From an uncultured Candidatus Saccharibacteria bacterium (GTDB lineage Bacteria; Patescibacteriota; Minisyncoccia; Phycocordibacterales; SBAW01), in the NCBI GenBank assembly GCA_964650645.1, contig CAZYUH010000001.1, positions 15,373 to 79,372 on the forward strand: a DNA stretch of 64,000 bases, written 5' to 3'. The position numbers and the translations under genes were made by a program. The notes beneath the pieces were generated by a model. That model ran no database searches. It saw nothing but the letters and a program-made list of their open reading frames with translations, and was not told the origin of the DNA. The first letter of the stretch is position 1. Each line of letters opens with the position of its first letter. This document shows, piece by piece, positions 9,756 through 19,262 of the stretch.

Positions 9756-10889
9756 ATGAGCACATCCCGACTCTCGCCGACAGGATTCCTCAAGCTGTCC
9801 CAGGACGTAGCCTCCTTCTACGGCTTCAGACCCCTGCGCGAGGTGGAGAAGCTGGTGCCCACGTCGGTGCACAAGCGCGCCGCGCATAACTTCGCCTACG
9901 CGTCGGCGTCGCTGGCGCACCGCTCGGCGTCCGGCGACACTGCCATGGCCTATTACGCCAGCGCGAGCCCCCTGCACGTGCCCGCGGCGCTCGCGTCGCG
10001 CGAAATAGGCGAGTTCGGCCTGCAGGTGTCGGGCGCGAAAGAGAGCGTGGGCGAAGTGCTCATACTCAAGGCCGTCGCCACGATACTGTCGGAGTGGGGC
10101 GGCGGCGTGACGCGCGTGCGCATCAACGCCATGGGCGACAAGGACTCCCGCGCGCGCTTCGCGCGCGAGCTCGGCAGCTACCTCAAGCGCCAGGCGCACA
10201 ACCTGCCCGAGGAGTGGCGCGAGCGCGCCCTGCAGGACCCGATGGCCTTCTACATGTGCACGCAGGAGGCGTGCCTCGCGGTCGCCGAGCAGGCGCCGCG
10301 CGCGATGAACTTCCTTTCCGAAAAGAGCCGCTCGCACTTCCGCGAGATGCTCGAGCACCTGGAGCACCTCGGGCTCCCCTACGAGCTCGACGACAGCCTC
10401 GTGGGCGACGAGCGCGAGCCGCGCATCACCTTCGCCATAGACACGCAAGAGGACGCCACCGTCGTGGGCTCCATCGGCGGGCGCTACGACGATCACGTGC
10501 GCCGCATCTCGGGCCGCAAGGACGCCGCCGCCGTGCACGCGAGCCTCTACTTCCGCAAGAAGGGCCTCGCGCCCGGGAGCTTCCAGCTCGACGGCCCGGG
10601 CGCGCGCCCCCGCGTCTACTTCGTCCAGCTGGGCCTGCGGGCCAAGCTGCGCTCGCTTGAAGTGAGCGACATCCTGCGCCAGGCGGGCATCCCCGTCCTG
10701 CAGTCGTTCGACTCCTCCAAATTGAGCCCCCAGCTCTCGGCCGCCTCCGCCGCCGGCGTATCCCACCTCATCATCATGGGCCAGCGCGAGGCCCTGGACG
10801 GCACGGTCATCGTGCGCGCCGCCGACAACAGCGCCCAGACCACCCTGGGGCTGACCCAGCTGCCGCGCTACCTAAAGACCCTCGCCTAG
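9756..10889 (+). CDS. Degenerate histidyl-tRNA synthetase-like protein with anticodon-binding domain
   Basis: GGRYDD and C-terminal anticodon-binding (HGTP) domain; motif 2 and RGLDYY loop eroded. Confidence 0.7.
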   Translation: MSTSRLSPTGFLKLSQDVASFYGFRPLREVEKLVPTSVHKRAAHNFAYASASLAHRSASGDTAMAYYASASPLHVPAALASREIGEFGLQVSGAKESVGEVLILKAVATILSEWGGGVTRVRINAMGDKDSRARFARELGSYLKRQAHNLPEEWRERALQDPMAFYMCTQEACLAVAEQAPRAMNFLSEKSRSHFREMLEHLEHLGLPYELDDSLVGDEREPRITFAIDTQEDATVVGSIGGRYDDHVRRISGRKDAAAVHASLYFRKKGLAPGSFQLDGPGARPRVYFVQLGLRAKLRSLEVSDILRQAGIPVLQSFDSSKLSPQLSAASAAGVSHLIIMGQREALDGTVIVRAADNSAQTTLGLTQLPRYLKTLA

Positions 10890-10930
10890 AGGTTGCGGGG
10901 CGCCGGCGCCCGTGGTATATTCTCCCCTAC

Positions 10931-11188
10931 ATGGCAAACAACGCAGAGGTCAAGAAAAACGATAATGAGAACACCATAAGCCTCATCCGCCGCTTCTCCA
11001 AGCGCGTCCAGGGCACGGGGCTCATACAGGCTACCCGCAAGCGCCGCTACTACGCCCGCGCCAAGTCCAAGCTCGTCACCCGCAAGGGCGCGCTCAAGCG
11101 CCTCGCCCGCCGCGAAAAGGTCCAGGAGCTCATCAAGCTCGGCAAGATGGAGGCCCGCGTGCCCGGCCAGCGCTTCCGCCGCAGGTAA
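10931..11188 (+). CDS. rpsU: 30S ribosomal protein S21-like
   Basis: Basic 85 aa; EVKK..NE...SLIRRF.KRVQ..G......KRRYY..KSK; upstream of ybeY. Confidence 0.6.
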   Translation: MANNAEVKKNDNENTISLIRRFSKRVQGTGLIQATRKRRYYARAKSKLVTRKGALKRLARREKVQELIKLGKMEARVPGQRFRRR

Positions 11189-11194
11189 CACGCG

Positions 11195-11533
11195 GTGCAG
11201 CGCATCCCCGCCGTTTTCAAGAAGATCCAGGCCGAGATCCTCGGCCCGAACTACGACCTGTCGGTCGTTTTTTTGTCCGATAAGGAGATGCGCCGCGCGA
11301 TGAGGTACCGCTACGAGCGCATCTCGGGCGTGAAGACCTCCAACGTGCTCTCGTTCCCGCTTTCCAAGGAGTCCGGCGAGATACTCATCTGCCCGAGCGC
11401 CGCGGCGCCGTTCACGCCCGCGTACCTCTTTATCCACGGATGCCTGCACCTCAAGGGGCGCGCGCATGGTGCTACAATGGAGCGTGAGGAACACCGGATC
11501 ATGAAGCGATTCGGCCTTCGCGCGCATGAATAA
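11195..11533 (+). CDS. ybeY: rRNA maturation RNase YbeY (short form)
   Basis: SNVLSFP, GEILIC, IHGCLHLKGRAH, ME..E. Confidence 0.85.
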   Translation: MQRIPAVFKKIQAEILGPNYDLSVVFLSDKEMRRAMRYRYERISGVKTSNVLSFPLSKESGEILICPSAAAPFTPAYLFIHGCLHLKGRAHGATMEREEHRIMKRFGLRAHE

Positions 11534-12704
11534 CATCGTCACCGGCATAGACATCGGCACATACCACGTCAAGGTAGTCATCGCCGAGCGCGCCGACGAC
11601 CCGCGCCAGCCGCCGCGCATACTGGGCACCGGCTACGCCGAGTCGCGCGGCGTGCGCCAGGGCTACATCGTGTCCGTCCCCGAAGTGTCGCGCTCGGTGC
11701 AGGCCGCCGTCCTGCAGGCCTCCAAGGCCGCGCGCATCAAGGTGAAGCGCTGCTATCTCTCGGTCGGCGGCGTCGGGCTCGACGAGGCGTTCTCGCGCGG
11801 CGAGACCGTCGTCGAGCGCGGCGACAGCCAGATAACCGAGCGCGACCTGCCGCGCGCCATAAAGGCCTCGGAGCAGGCGCTCCCGCCCGCTACCACGCTC
11901 AACCGCAAGATTCTCCACACCATACCGCTCAGGCTCTCGGTGGACGGCGTGCGCGTCATGGGCCGCTCGGCCTCGGGGCTCAAGGGCGTGCGCCTCGCGG
12001 TCGAGACGCTGTTCATCACCTGCCAGGAGCGCCACGTGCACGACCTCGTTACGGCCGTCGAGGACGCCGGGCTCGAGGTCGAGGACGTGGTGGCGGCGCC
12101 GCTCGCCGCGTCGTTCATCGCGCTCTCGAAGCTCCAGAAGCGCGTGGGCTGCGTGCTCGCCAACATCGGCGCCGAGACGCTTTCCATAATCGTGTTCGAG
12201 GACAACACGCCCACCTCCATAAAGGTGTTCCCCGTCGGCGCGTCCGACATCACCAACGACCTGGCTTTGGGCCTGCGCATCAGCCCCGAAGAGGCCGAGG
12301 GCCTCAAGTCCGGCGCGGTACTCAACTCCTCGTACCCCAAGAAGAAGGTGGAGGACCTCATCGCCCGGCGCGTCCAGGACATGTTCAAGCTCATCGAGGC
12401 GCACCTGAAGAAGATCGGCAAGGACGAGCTCCTGCCCGCGGGCATCATCCTCACGGGCGGCGGCAGCGCCATACATACCGTGGCCGACCTCGCCAAGGCG
12501 GTCCTGCGGCTCCCGTCGCGCATCGCCAGCCTCGCCGAGGGCGCCGCGGCGAAGATGCAGCTGCGCGATTCCTCGTGGGCGGTCGCGTACGGGCTTACCG
12601 TGTGGGGCTTCAGCGAAGGGGGCGAGCTCGAGGTGCGCGAAACGAGCACGTTCATCGAGATGCTCCGGAGCGCATGGAAGTGGTTCAAGAAATTCCTGCC
12701 ATAG
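11526..12704 (+). CDS. ftsA: Cell division protein FtsA
   Basis: GIDIGT, NIGAET, ITNDLA, GIILTGGGS. Confidence 0.95.
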   Translation: MNNIVTGIDIGTYHVKVVIAERADDPRQPPRILGTGYAESRGVRQGYIVSVPEVSRSVQAAVLQASKAARIKVKRCYLSVGGVGLDEAFSRGETVVERGDSQITERDLPRAIKASEQALPPATTLNRKILHTIPLRLSVDGVRVMGRSASGLKGVRLAVETLFITCQERHVHDLVTAVEDAGLEVEDVVAAPLAASFIALSKLQKRVGCVLANIGAETLSIIVFEDNTPTSIKVFPVGASDITNDLALGLRISPEEAEGLKSGAVLNSSYPKKKVEDLIARRVQDMFKLIEAHLKKIGKDELLPAGIILTGGGSAIHTVADLAKAVLRLPSRIASLAEGAAAKMQLRDSSWAVAYGLTVWGFSEGGELEVRETSTFIEMLRSAWKWFKKFLP

Positions 12705-12734
12705 GCCCCGGGCGCATGCCCTTGCCCAGGGTAG

Positions 12735-12763
12735 TTGACATTTAATGCGTTTGGGTGTATAAT
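12735..12763 (+). promoter_or_regulatory. Consensus sigma70 promoter
   Basis: TTGACA-17 bp-TATAAT. Confidence 0.85.
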
Positions 12764-12830
12764 TAAAAAAGTACGAGTACGGGAGGAGCATGCCGCTCCT
12801 TCCTTTTTTTATTCCGCAAAGGGGCAACTG

Positions 12831-13310
12831 ATGATTCGATACTGTATCGCCGCGGCAATGGTGCTCGCGGTCGTCTTCTCGACCGTCGCGAACGCCGGCC
12901 ACAAGCCCGCGCCGCAGTCCGCGCGCCGCGCCGCGGCAAAGGCGCTTACGTGGGAGGAGTGCGGGAAGGCGCTTAAGAAAGAATGGGAGACGTATGGCAA
13001 AGCAAAGGGCACGGCCTTCCGCGCCTTTCTCGAGACCCAGAAAAAGGAGCGCGCAAAGCTGTATGCGCGCTACCCGTTCTACCTGGAGGCGCCGGATGCC
13101 GGCGCCGCGGGCGGATCCGCGCAGGACAGCGGATTCATGAGGGCGGCAAAGCGCGCGGCCTATGAAAAGGCCGTACAGGCCGCGTACGACGCCTACGCGA
13201 GCGCCGACCGGGCGGCGCTGGATGCTTACGACGCGGCGGCCGGCAAGCTGGTTGAAGCGTACAACAAAGCGGCTAAAAAAGCCTACACGGCCGCAGAAGC
13301 GGGGCGCTGA
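12831..13310 (+). CDS. Secreted alpha-helical hypothetical protein
   Basis: Signal peptide (ANA cleavage), Ala-rich helical repeats, follows strong promoter. Confidence 0.7.
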   Translation: MIRYCIAAAMVLAVVFSTVANAGHKPAPQSARRAAAKALTWEECGKALKKEWETYGKAKGTAFRAFLETQKKERAKLYARYPFYLEAPDAGAAGGSAQDSGFMRAAKRAAYEKAVQAAYDAYASADRAALDAYDAAAGKLVEAYNKAAKKAYTAAEAGR

Positions 13311-13499
13311 CCCGCTTCATGGCGCACAAGCGCCGCAGTCCCCTCCGGGACCGCGGCGCTTTTCTTCTGCATGCGCAGTGCGGGCGCGTCCGGAACACCC
13401 CAGCACGGAGCGGGTCGTTTTGTCAAAGTTGCCAAGGCTTTCCCTATTAAGTAGAGTTGTAGGGCTACGGACAAGCGCTAAATCAACCATCTCTAACCT

Positions 13500-14741
13500 A
13501 TGGCACAAGTACATCCCGAAATCGAGGCATTCGCGCGCATCAGGGTCATCGGCGTGGGCGGCTCCGGCAAGAACGCGGTCAACCACATGGTCGAGGAGAA
13601 GGTGCGCGGCGTCGACTTCATCACGATAAACACCGACGCGCAGGACCTGCACCACTCCCTCGCCAAGAAGAAGATCCACATCGGCAAGAACCTCACGCGC
13701 GGCCTGGGCGCCGGCATGAACCCCGAGCTCGGCAAGCGCGCCTCGGAAGAGACCAAGGAGGAGATACAGCAGGCCATAAAGGGCTCCGACATGGTCTTCA
13801 TCGCGGGCGGCATGGGCGGCGGCACCGGCACCGGCGCAGCACCCGTGGTGGCGCGCACTGCCAAGGAGATGGGCGCGCTCACCGTCGCGGTCGTCACCAA
13901 GCCCTTCGCGTTCGAGGGCCAGGCCCGCATGCGCCTCGCCGACGGCGGCCTCGACGAGCTTCGCAAGGAAGTGGACGCGCTCATCGTCATCCCCAACGAC
14001 CGCCTCCTCGCCACGGTAGCGAAGGACACGACGCTCAAGCAGGCCTTCGCGCAGTGCGACGACGTCTTGAAGCAGGCCGTCGAGGGCATCTCCGACCTCA
14101 TCACCAACCCGGGCATCATCAACGTCGACTTCGCCGACGTGCGCGCCGTCATGGAGAACTCCGGGTCGGCGCTCATGGGCATCGGGCTTGCCTCGGGCGA
14201 GAACCGCGCGGCGGTCGCAGCCAAGGCGGCCGTCTCCTCGCCGCTCCTCGAGCTTTCCATAAACGGCGCCAAGGGCGTGCTGTTCGCCATCGCAGGCGGC
14301 GACGACCTGGGCATGCTCGAGGTCCACGAGGCGGCCAAGATAATCACCGAGTCGGTCGACCCGAACGCCAAGATCATCTTCGGCGCGGTGCGCGACGACA
14401 AGCTCAAGAAGGGCGAAGTGCGCGTCACGGTCATCGCGACCGGCTTCCCCGCCCTGGGCGTCCCTCTTGGCGCCTCATCCGCCGCGTCGCAGCGCGGCAC
14501 GCCGCTGTTCACCGCATTCGGCCGCGAGTCCGCCAAGGAGGAGAAGGAGGCCGACGTCCCGCCGCTGGGTGCCGTCGGGAAGATCTTCAACGCGCCGACC
14601 CCTCCCGCCCCGCGCGAGCAGAAGGAAGAGCCCAAGGTAACCCCGCCGTCCGCCCCCGAGCCCATCAAGATAAAAGTGGACGAGGACGACGACGAGTGGG
14701 GCGCGGTACCGAGCTTCCTGCGCCGCCCCAAGATAAAATAA
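13500..14741 (+). CDS. ftsZ: Cell division protein FtsZ
   Basis: GGMGGGTGTG, INVDFADV, C-terminal VPSFLRR. Confidence 0.98.
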   Translation: MAQVHPEIEAFARIRVIGVGGSGKNAVNHMVEEKVRGVDFITINTDAQDLHHSLAKKKIHIGKNLTRGLGAGMNPELGKRASEETKEEIQQAIKGSDMVFIAGGMGGGTGTGAAPVVARTAKEMGALTVAVVTKPFAFEGQARMRLADGGLDELRKEVDALIVIPNDRLLATVAKDTTLKQAFAQCDDVLKQAVEGISDLITNPGIINVDFADVRAVMENSGSALMGIGLASGENRAAVAAKAAVSSPLLELSINGAKGVLFAIAGGDDLGMLEVHEAAKIITESVDPNAKIIFGAVRDDKLKKGEVRVTVIATGFPALGVPLGASSAASQRGTPLFTAFGRESAKEEKEADVPPLGAVGKIFNAPTPPAPREQKEEPKVTPPSAPEPIKIKVDEDDDEWGAVPSFLRRPKIK

Positions 14742-14749
14742 GCGAAAAT

Positions 14750-14776
14750 AAGGCCCCGCCTAACGGCGGGGCCTTT
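14750..14776. terminator. Bidirectional intrinsic terminator
   Basis: aaggccccgcc-taac-ggcggggcctt. Confidence 0.8.
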
Positions 14777-14785
14777 GTCTTGCGC

Positions 14786-15526
14786 CTATCCGGGAAGATT
14801 GAGAAGCTCGCGCTCGAGGGATTCGACCTCCTCCTTTAGCTTAGGGTCGAATTCGACGCGGGCGCAGCGCAGGCTCGCGGGAGGCGCGCCGCTTCCCTCT
14901 CCGACGGCCCGCTCTATCCTCTTTACGCCGTTGAGGACCGAAGCATGGTCCCTGCCGCCGAAGTGCTTCCCGATCTCGAAGAAGGATTTCTTCGTTATCT
15001 TCCGCGCCAGGTACATGCCGACCTGCCGGGGCCCCACGATATCCCTCGTGCGGGCGGACGACTTCAGCACGGACACCGGCACACCGTAACGCCTGGCCAC
15101 GGCGCGCACCACGTCATCGACGCCCGCGCGCTTGGGGAGGCGCGGATAGGTGCACGCGTACGGCTCTTCCCGGGGCGGCGCGGGAGCCGGAGCCGCAACC
15201 GGATCCCGCGCCGGCTTTTCCGCCGGCGCCCGCGCATCCTTCGGCGCGCGCGGCTCGAACCCGACCAGCGGGAGCGCCCGCACGGAAATACCGATGCGGC
15301 GCACGCCCGGCGCTTCGGCCTGGAAGGAGGACAGGATGCAAGCGGCGTACTTCGCCTGTATCCGCCTCTGGAGGAACACAGTCGGCACCGATAGCACGGC
15401 GCTCTCGTCCTGCATGCCGACAAGCTTGAGGCTCATAAGCCAGTTCTCATAGGCGTCCTGGCCGACGCTTTTCCGCAGCCTGTCCTGGATCCTGGACCAG
15501 CGGCCCTGCTCGATGCTATTCATCAA
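14786..15526 (-). CDS. Mini-DnaA: DnaA N-terminal domain fused to DnaA C-terminal HTH, no AAA+ domain
   Basis: N-term W..I..RL...VG..AYENW...LSVPT.F; C-term RQVGMYLARKIT..SF.EIG..FGGRDH..VL.GV.RIE; no Walker A/B. Confidence 0.85.
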   Translation of the reverse strand: MMNSIEQGRWSRIQDRLRKSVGQDAYENWLMSLKLVGMQDESAVLSVPTVFLQRRIQAKYAACILSSFQAEAPGVRRIGISVRALPLVGFEPRAPKDARAPAEKPARDPVAAPAPAPPREEPYACTYPRLPKRAGVDDVVRAVARRYGVPVSVLKSSARTRDIVGPRQVGMYLARKITKKSFFEIGKHFGGRDHASVLNGVKRIERAVGEGSGAPPASLRCARVEFDPKLKEEVESLERELLNLPG

Positions 15527-15622
15527 ACGACTCCGTTCTGCTGCTTGGTGGAAGGGCTTCTGCCGCCATAGTACCGTCCGCCTCCCCTAGGCAGCAAGTG
15601 CATAAGACGCTACACTGGGCGT

Positions 15623-16573
15623 ATGTACGACTTGGCAATCATCGGCGGCGGCCCGGCGGGCGTCGCCGCCGGCGTGTACGCCGCGCGCAAGCGCCTCAGG
15701 ACCGTGTTCATCGCCGAAACCTTCGGCGGGCAGTCCACCGACTCCCTGGACATCCAGAACTGGATTGGCACGCCGCACATCCCGGGCCCCGAGCTGGCGA
15801 AAGCGCTCGAAGCGCACCTGCGCGAGTACGCCTCCGACGTCGTGACGCTGAGGGCCGGCGAGCGCGCGGAAAAGGTGGCGCGCTCTGCGAGCGGATTCTC
15901 GATAACGACCGGGAGCGGGAGCTATGAGGCGAAGACGGTGCTCATCGCGACCGGCGGCTCGCGGCGCCGGCTTAACGTGCCCGGCGCGGCCGAGTTCGAG
16001 AACAAGGGCATCGTGTACTGCGCTTCCTGCGACGGCCCCTTGTTCGCCGGGCAGGACACGGTGGTCATAGGCGCGGGCAACGCCGGGTTCGAGACGGCGG
16101 CCCAGCTCCTGGCCTACGCCAAGTCGGTCACCCTGCTTAACCGCCGCGACGCGTTCGACCGCGCCGACGCCAAGACCGTCGAAGCGGTCAGGGCGCACCC
16201 CAACATGGCCATCCTCACCGACACGGTGCCCGTTTCCGTCCACGGCGAGATGTTCGTCAAGAGCCTGAAGGTGAAGAACGCGAAAACAGGCGAAGAGCGC
16301 GACCTCCCGGCGGGCGGCATTTTCGTGGAAATAGGCGCACTGCCCGCGACCGGCCTCGTGCAGGGCCTCGTTGCCATGGACGAGTTCAACCATATAAAAG
16401 TGGACCCGCGCACCCAGCGCGCGTTTTCACCCAACGAAGCGGATGAGCCGTTTTTCGGAGTGTGGGCGGCCGGCGACTGCACCGACGGCCTGTACCACCA
16501 GAACAATATCGCCGCGGGCGACGCCGTGAAGGCGCTCGAGGACATCTACCTTTTCATACAGTCGCGCGGGTAA
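15623..16573 (+). CDS. trxB: Thioredoxin-disulfide reductase (TrxB/AhpF-like)
   Basis: GGGPAG, CASCD, GAGNAG, AAGDCT. Confidence 0.88.
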   Translation: MYDLAIIGGGPAGVAAGVYAARKRLRTVFIAETFGGQSTDSLDIQNWIGTPHIPGPELAKALEAHLREYASDVVTLRAGERAEKVARSASGFSITTGSGSYEAKTVLIATGGSRRRLNVPGAAEFENKGIVYCASCDGPLFAGQDTVVIGAGNAGFETAAQLLAYAKSVTLLNRRDAFDRADAKTVEAVRAHPNMAILTDTVPVSVHGEMFVKSLKVKNAKTGEERDLPAGGIFVEIGALPATGLVQGLVAMDEFNHIKVDPRTQRAFSPNEADEPFFGVWAAGDCTDGLYHQNNIAAGDAVKALEDIYLFIQSRG

Positions 16574-16574
16574 G

Positions 16575-17939
16575 CTAGCGCGCGGGCACGTCGAATATCG
16601 AGCGCTCAACCTTCTCGCCTGCCAGATGCCGGGCGATGATGCGCCCGCCCAGCGCCGACGGCAGTATGCCCACCCCGTTGCACCCCAGGTTGTACAGCAG
16701 GACCGGGTTCTGCGGCTCGGGCCCCGCCATGCGCACGCCGTTCCTGGTGTAGCCCATGAGCCCGTGCCAGGTGAACGCGTATTCTATCGCGCGGTTCGGG
16801 TCGGGCTCGTACGTCCTGCTCAGGAACTCGTCTATCTCGCCGATGCGCTCGTCGGGCAGGTCCGACTCGCGCGCGTACGGAACGTCCTCGCCGAGCTTCA
16901 CCTCGGGCCCTCCTACCGACACGAGGTTGTGCTGGGAGCCCTTCTCGTACTCGTAAGGGCGGCGCGTAAGGTAGAAGTACGGCTCGAGCTCTGCCGCGGT
17001 GTCGGTCGGGTAATAGCTCATGGCCGCGGGCGGCTTGTCCAGCTTTTCCATGTAGCCCGACATGTATCCTACGTTGCCGCGCACGTTGGCGTGGAAGCGC
17101 CCGTCGAGCTCGAGCCCGTTCTCGTTTATTATCGTGAAATCCTCGAACCCGTTGGTGCACAGCACGACTCGGCGCGCGCTGACGGTGTGCTCGTGCGCGT
17201 CCAGGAGCGCATTGCCGTCGCGCAGGACGATTTTCCCTATGGGCGCATGCTCGTAGAGCGCGAAGCGCTCGGGGTAGGCGCGGTTGAGGTATGCCAGGAC
17301 TTCCTGGCACAACAGCGCGCTGTTTACGCACCCCTTCTGCGATGACAGCGCCGCCACGTACTCGCCTGACGGGGTTTCGAGCGCCGCGAGCACTTCCGCG
17401 CGCGGGACGACCTCGTAAAGACCGGCGTATTTCTCCGGTATGCCGGATAAAAACGGCGCCGTATCCGCGACGCGCAGGCGCTCGAGCGCGAGCCCGGCTT
17501 CGCGGCGCAGGCGGTTGCCCTCCAGATGCGCGAGCACCCTGCGCTCGCCGCTTATCCCCGCGTGGCCCACGAACCGGGAGAGCGGGATGGACAACCCGGC
17601 CTGCGTGTACATCTCGTCCAGAAGCGCCCAGGCATCCTCCTCGACGGCCCTCTGCCCCGCGGCGGCCATTTCCAGGCCGAACTCCCCCACGAGCCCGGCG
17701 AATCCGCGCTCGAAATAGCTCGTAATCTGCCCCGCGTTGTGCCCGGTGGCGCCGTGCGCCATCTTGTGGCGCTCGAACACGGCCACCTTCTTGTCGGTGT
17801 ATTTCAGCGCAAAGAAGGCCGTCGCGATGCCTGCAATGCCCGCGCCCACCACGGCCACGTCGGTCTCGATATCCCCGCGCAGTCTCCTTGAATCGCGGTC
17901 GTGGTCGAGCTGGTAGAGCCAGGGCGAATAGTTCTTCAT
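16575..17939 (-). CDS. FAD-dependent oxidoreductase (DAO family)
   Basis: VVGAGIAG, GATGHNAG, VVLCTNG, GCNGVGI. Confidence 0.85.
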   Translation of the reverse strand: MKNYSPWLYQLDHDRDSRRLRGDIETDVAVVGAGIAGIATAFFALKYTDKKVAVFERHKMAHGATGHNAGQITSYFERGFAGLVGEFGLEMAAAGQRAVEEDAWALLDEMYTQAGLSIPLSRFVGHAGISGERRVLAHLEGNRLRREAGLALERLRVADTAPFLSGIPEKYAGLYEVVPRAEVLAALETPSGEYVAALSSQKGCVNSALLCQEVLAYLNRAYPERFALYEHAPIGKIVLRDGNALLDAHEHTVSARRVVLCTNGFEDFTIINENGLELDGRFHANVRGNVGYMSGYMEKLDKPPAAMSYYPTDTAAELEPYFYLTRRPYEYEKGSQHNLVSVGGPEVKLGEDVPYARESDLPDERIGEIDEFLSRTYEPDPNRAIEYAFTWHGLMGYTRNGVRMAGPEPQNPVLLYNLGCNGVGILPSALGGRIIARHLAGEKVERSIFDVPAR

Positions 17940-18346
17940 CGGATTCTCTTGAGCAGGGTAAAGTTGCCGCGGAAGCCCTCGACGCCCGAGGCACCCTCGT
18001 CTATGTCGCCCACGCGCACGACGACCTGGCCCGGCTCCTCGAACACGCCCACTTCGTGGCCGCCGCCGGGGTGCCAGCACACCACCCTGGACGCTTCGTA
18101 TTCGAGGTAATCGCCGGCCTGCACGGCGCACGAGCCGTCATACGTGCCCGCGTCGTGGCTCGTGCCGTCCGCCACCAAGACGACCCTGGTCTGCGGCTTC
18201 GCGGCCGTTCCCCATTCGGTGAAGCGCCACTGGTACGCGCCGTCCCGCGCCGCAGGCGCAGGCGAGCCACCCGCGCCGGCGATGGTCCAGGCCGCCGCGA
18301 GCGCGAATGCGAGCAGTACCGCTATGTCCCAATGCTTCCGTAGCAT
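17936..18346 (-). CDS. Secreted hypothetical protein
   Basis: N-terminal hydrophobic segment; 4-bp overlap with downstream gene. Confidence 0.7.
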   Translation of the reverse strand: MLRKHWDIAVLLAFALAAAWTIAGAGGSPAPAARDGAYQWRFTEWGTAAKPQTRVVLVADGTSHDAGTYDGSCAVQAGDYLEYEASRVVCWHPGGGHEVGVFEEPGQVVVRVGDIDEGASGVEGFRGNFTLLKRIR

Positions 18347-18364
18347 AGGCCCAGTATACCAATG

Positions 18365-19117
18365 TTACAGCCGCTCGATAGACGTGGCCCATATGGTGCC
18401 GTCCGTGTCGTACCGGCTAGCCGGTTCGGGCGGCACGAGCGGGCCCGTCACCCTCACGCGCTCGCCCGTCCGGAAGCCGTCCGTCTGCGCCGCCATGAGC
18501 GCGGTATTTACGGCGTAATGCCCGTCGCTCTGGTCGATGGCGATTCCGAGCGCGCATTCCTCGGTCTGCGGGCCGCCCGTGTCCTTGTGCGGCAGGCATT
18601 CCCAGTACCCGACGACGCTCACCCGCTCGGGCGGCTCATGCATCGCATCCCTGCTCCAGCTTGAGACGAGCCAGGCATTGCCGCGCTTCTCAAGGCCGAT
18701 AGAGACCGGATGCATGGACGCGAACGCGCCGGGCACGTCCGAGTTCGCGACCTCCACGACATTCCCCCGCACCGTAGCGGATACCTCTTTGTAGGACACG
18801 TCGGTTATCTCGATGCGGTCGGGCCACGGGCTGCTGGTTGCGCGCCCGGGCGCGGCGGCAGGGTCTGCCTGCCACTGCGCCAAAAGTTCCGGAGTGACAT
18901 ACGGGCCATACTGCGCCTGCATATCGTTGGCGGCCGTGGGCGAAAGGAGTGACACGTTTTTCATATGCGCGCCCAGCGCGGTTACGACCGAGCGGATAGC
19001 AATGTCTTCGTTGTTCGAGACAGCCGCGTCGGGAGCGGGCCTATCGAGCGCCCCGAGCGCCACTATCGCCGCGAGCGCGAGTACGGCTATTGCGCCGAGC
19101 TTCAATTGCCTTTGCAT
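18365..19117 (-). CDS. Secreted/membrane-anchored hypothetical protein
   Basis: N-terminal anchor; PGR.TSSPWPDRI and CLPH....GPQT.EC motifs. Confidence 0.75.
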   Translation of the reverse strand: MQRQLKLGAIAVLALAAIVALGALDRPAPDAAVSNNEDIAIRSVVTALGAHMKNVSLLSPTAANDMQAQYGPYVTPELLAQWQADPAAAPGRATSSPWPDRIEITDVSYKEVSATVRGNVVEVANSDVPGAFASMHPVSIGLEKRGNAWLVSSWSRDAMHEPPERVSVVGYWECLPHKDTGGPQTEECALGIAIDQSDGHYAVNTALMAAQTDGFRTGERVRVTGPLVPPEPASRYDTDGTIWATSIERL

Positions 19118-19262
19118 ACGGTAATAGTAACGCTCGAAAGCGCGTTTTGTTACCGCGGCTATGAACACCCCGGCGCGGGAGGCGGAAGCATGGAGCGGCG
19201 GGGCACGGCGAAAGCCGCCCGTGAGGGCGGCTTTCGCCTCGAACCCGCGCGCTCTTTGAGCG

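Noticed and set aside
14786-15620. Replication origin beside the dnaA-like gene
   Set aside because: No DnaA-box cluster or AT-rich unwinding region and no dnaN; TTATCCAC-like hits elsewhere are isolated and mostly within genes
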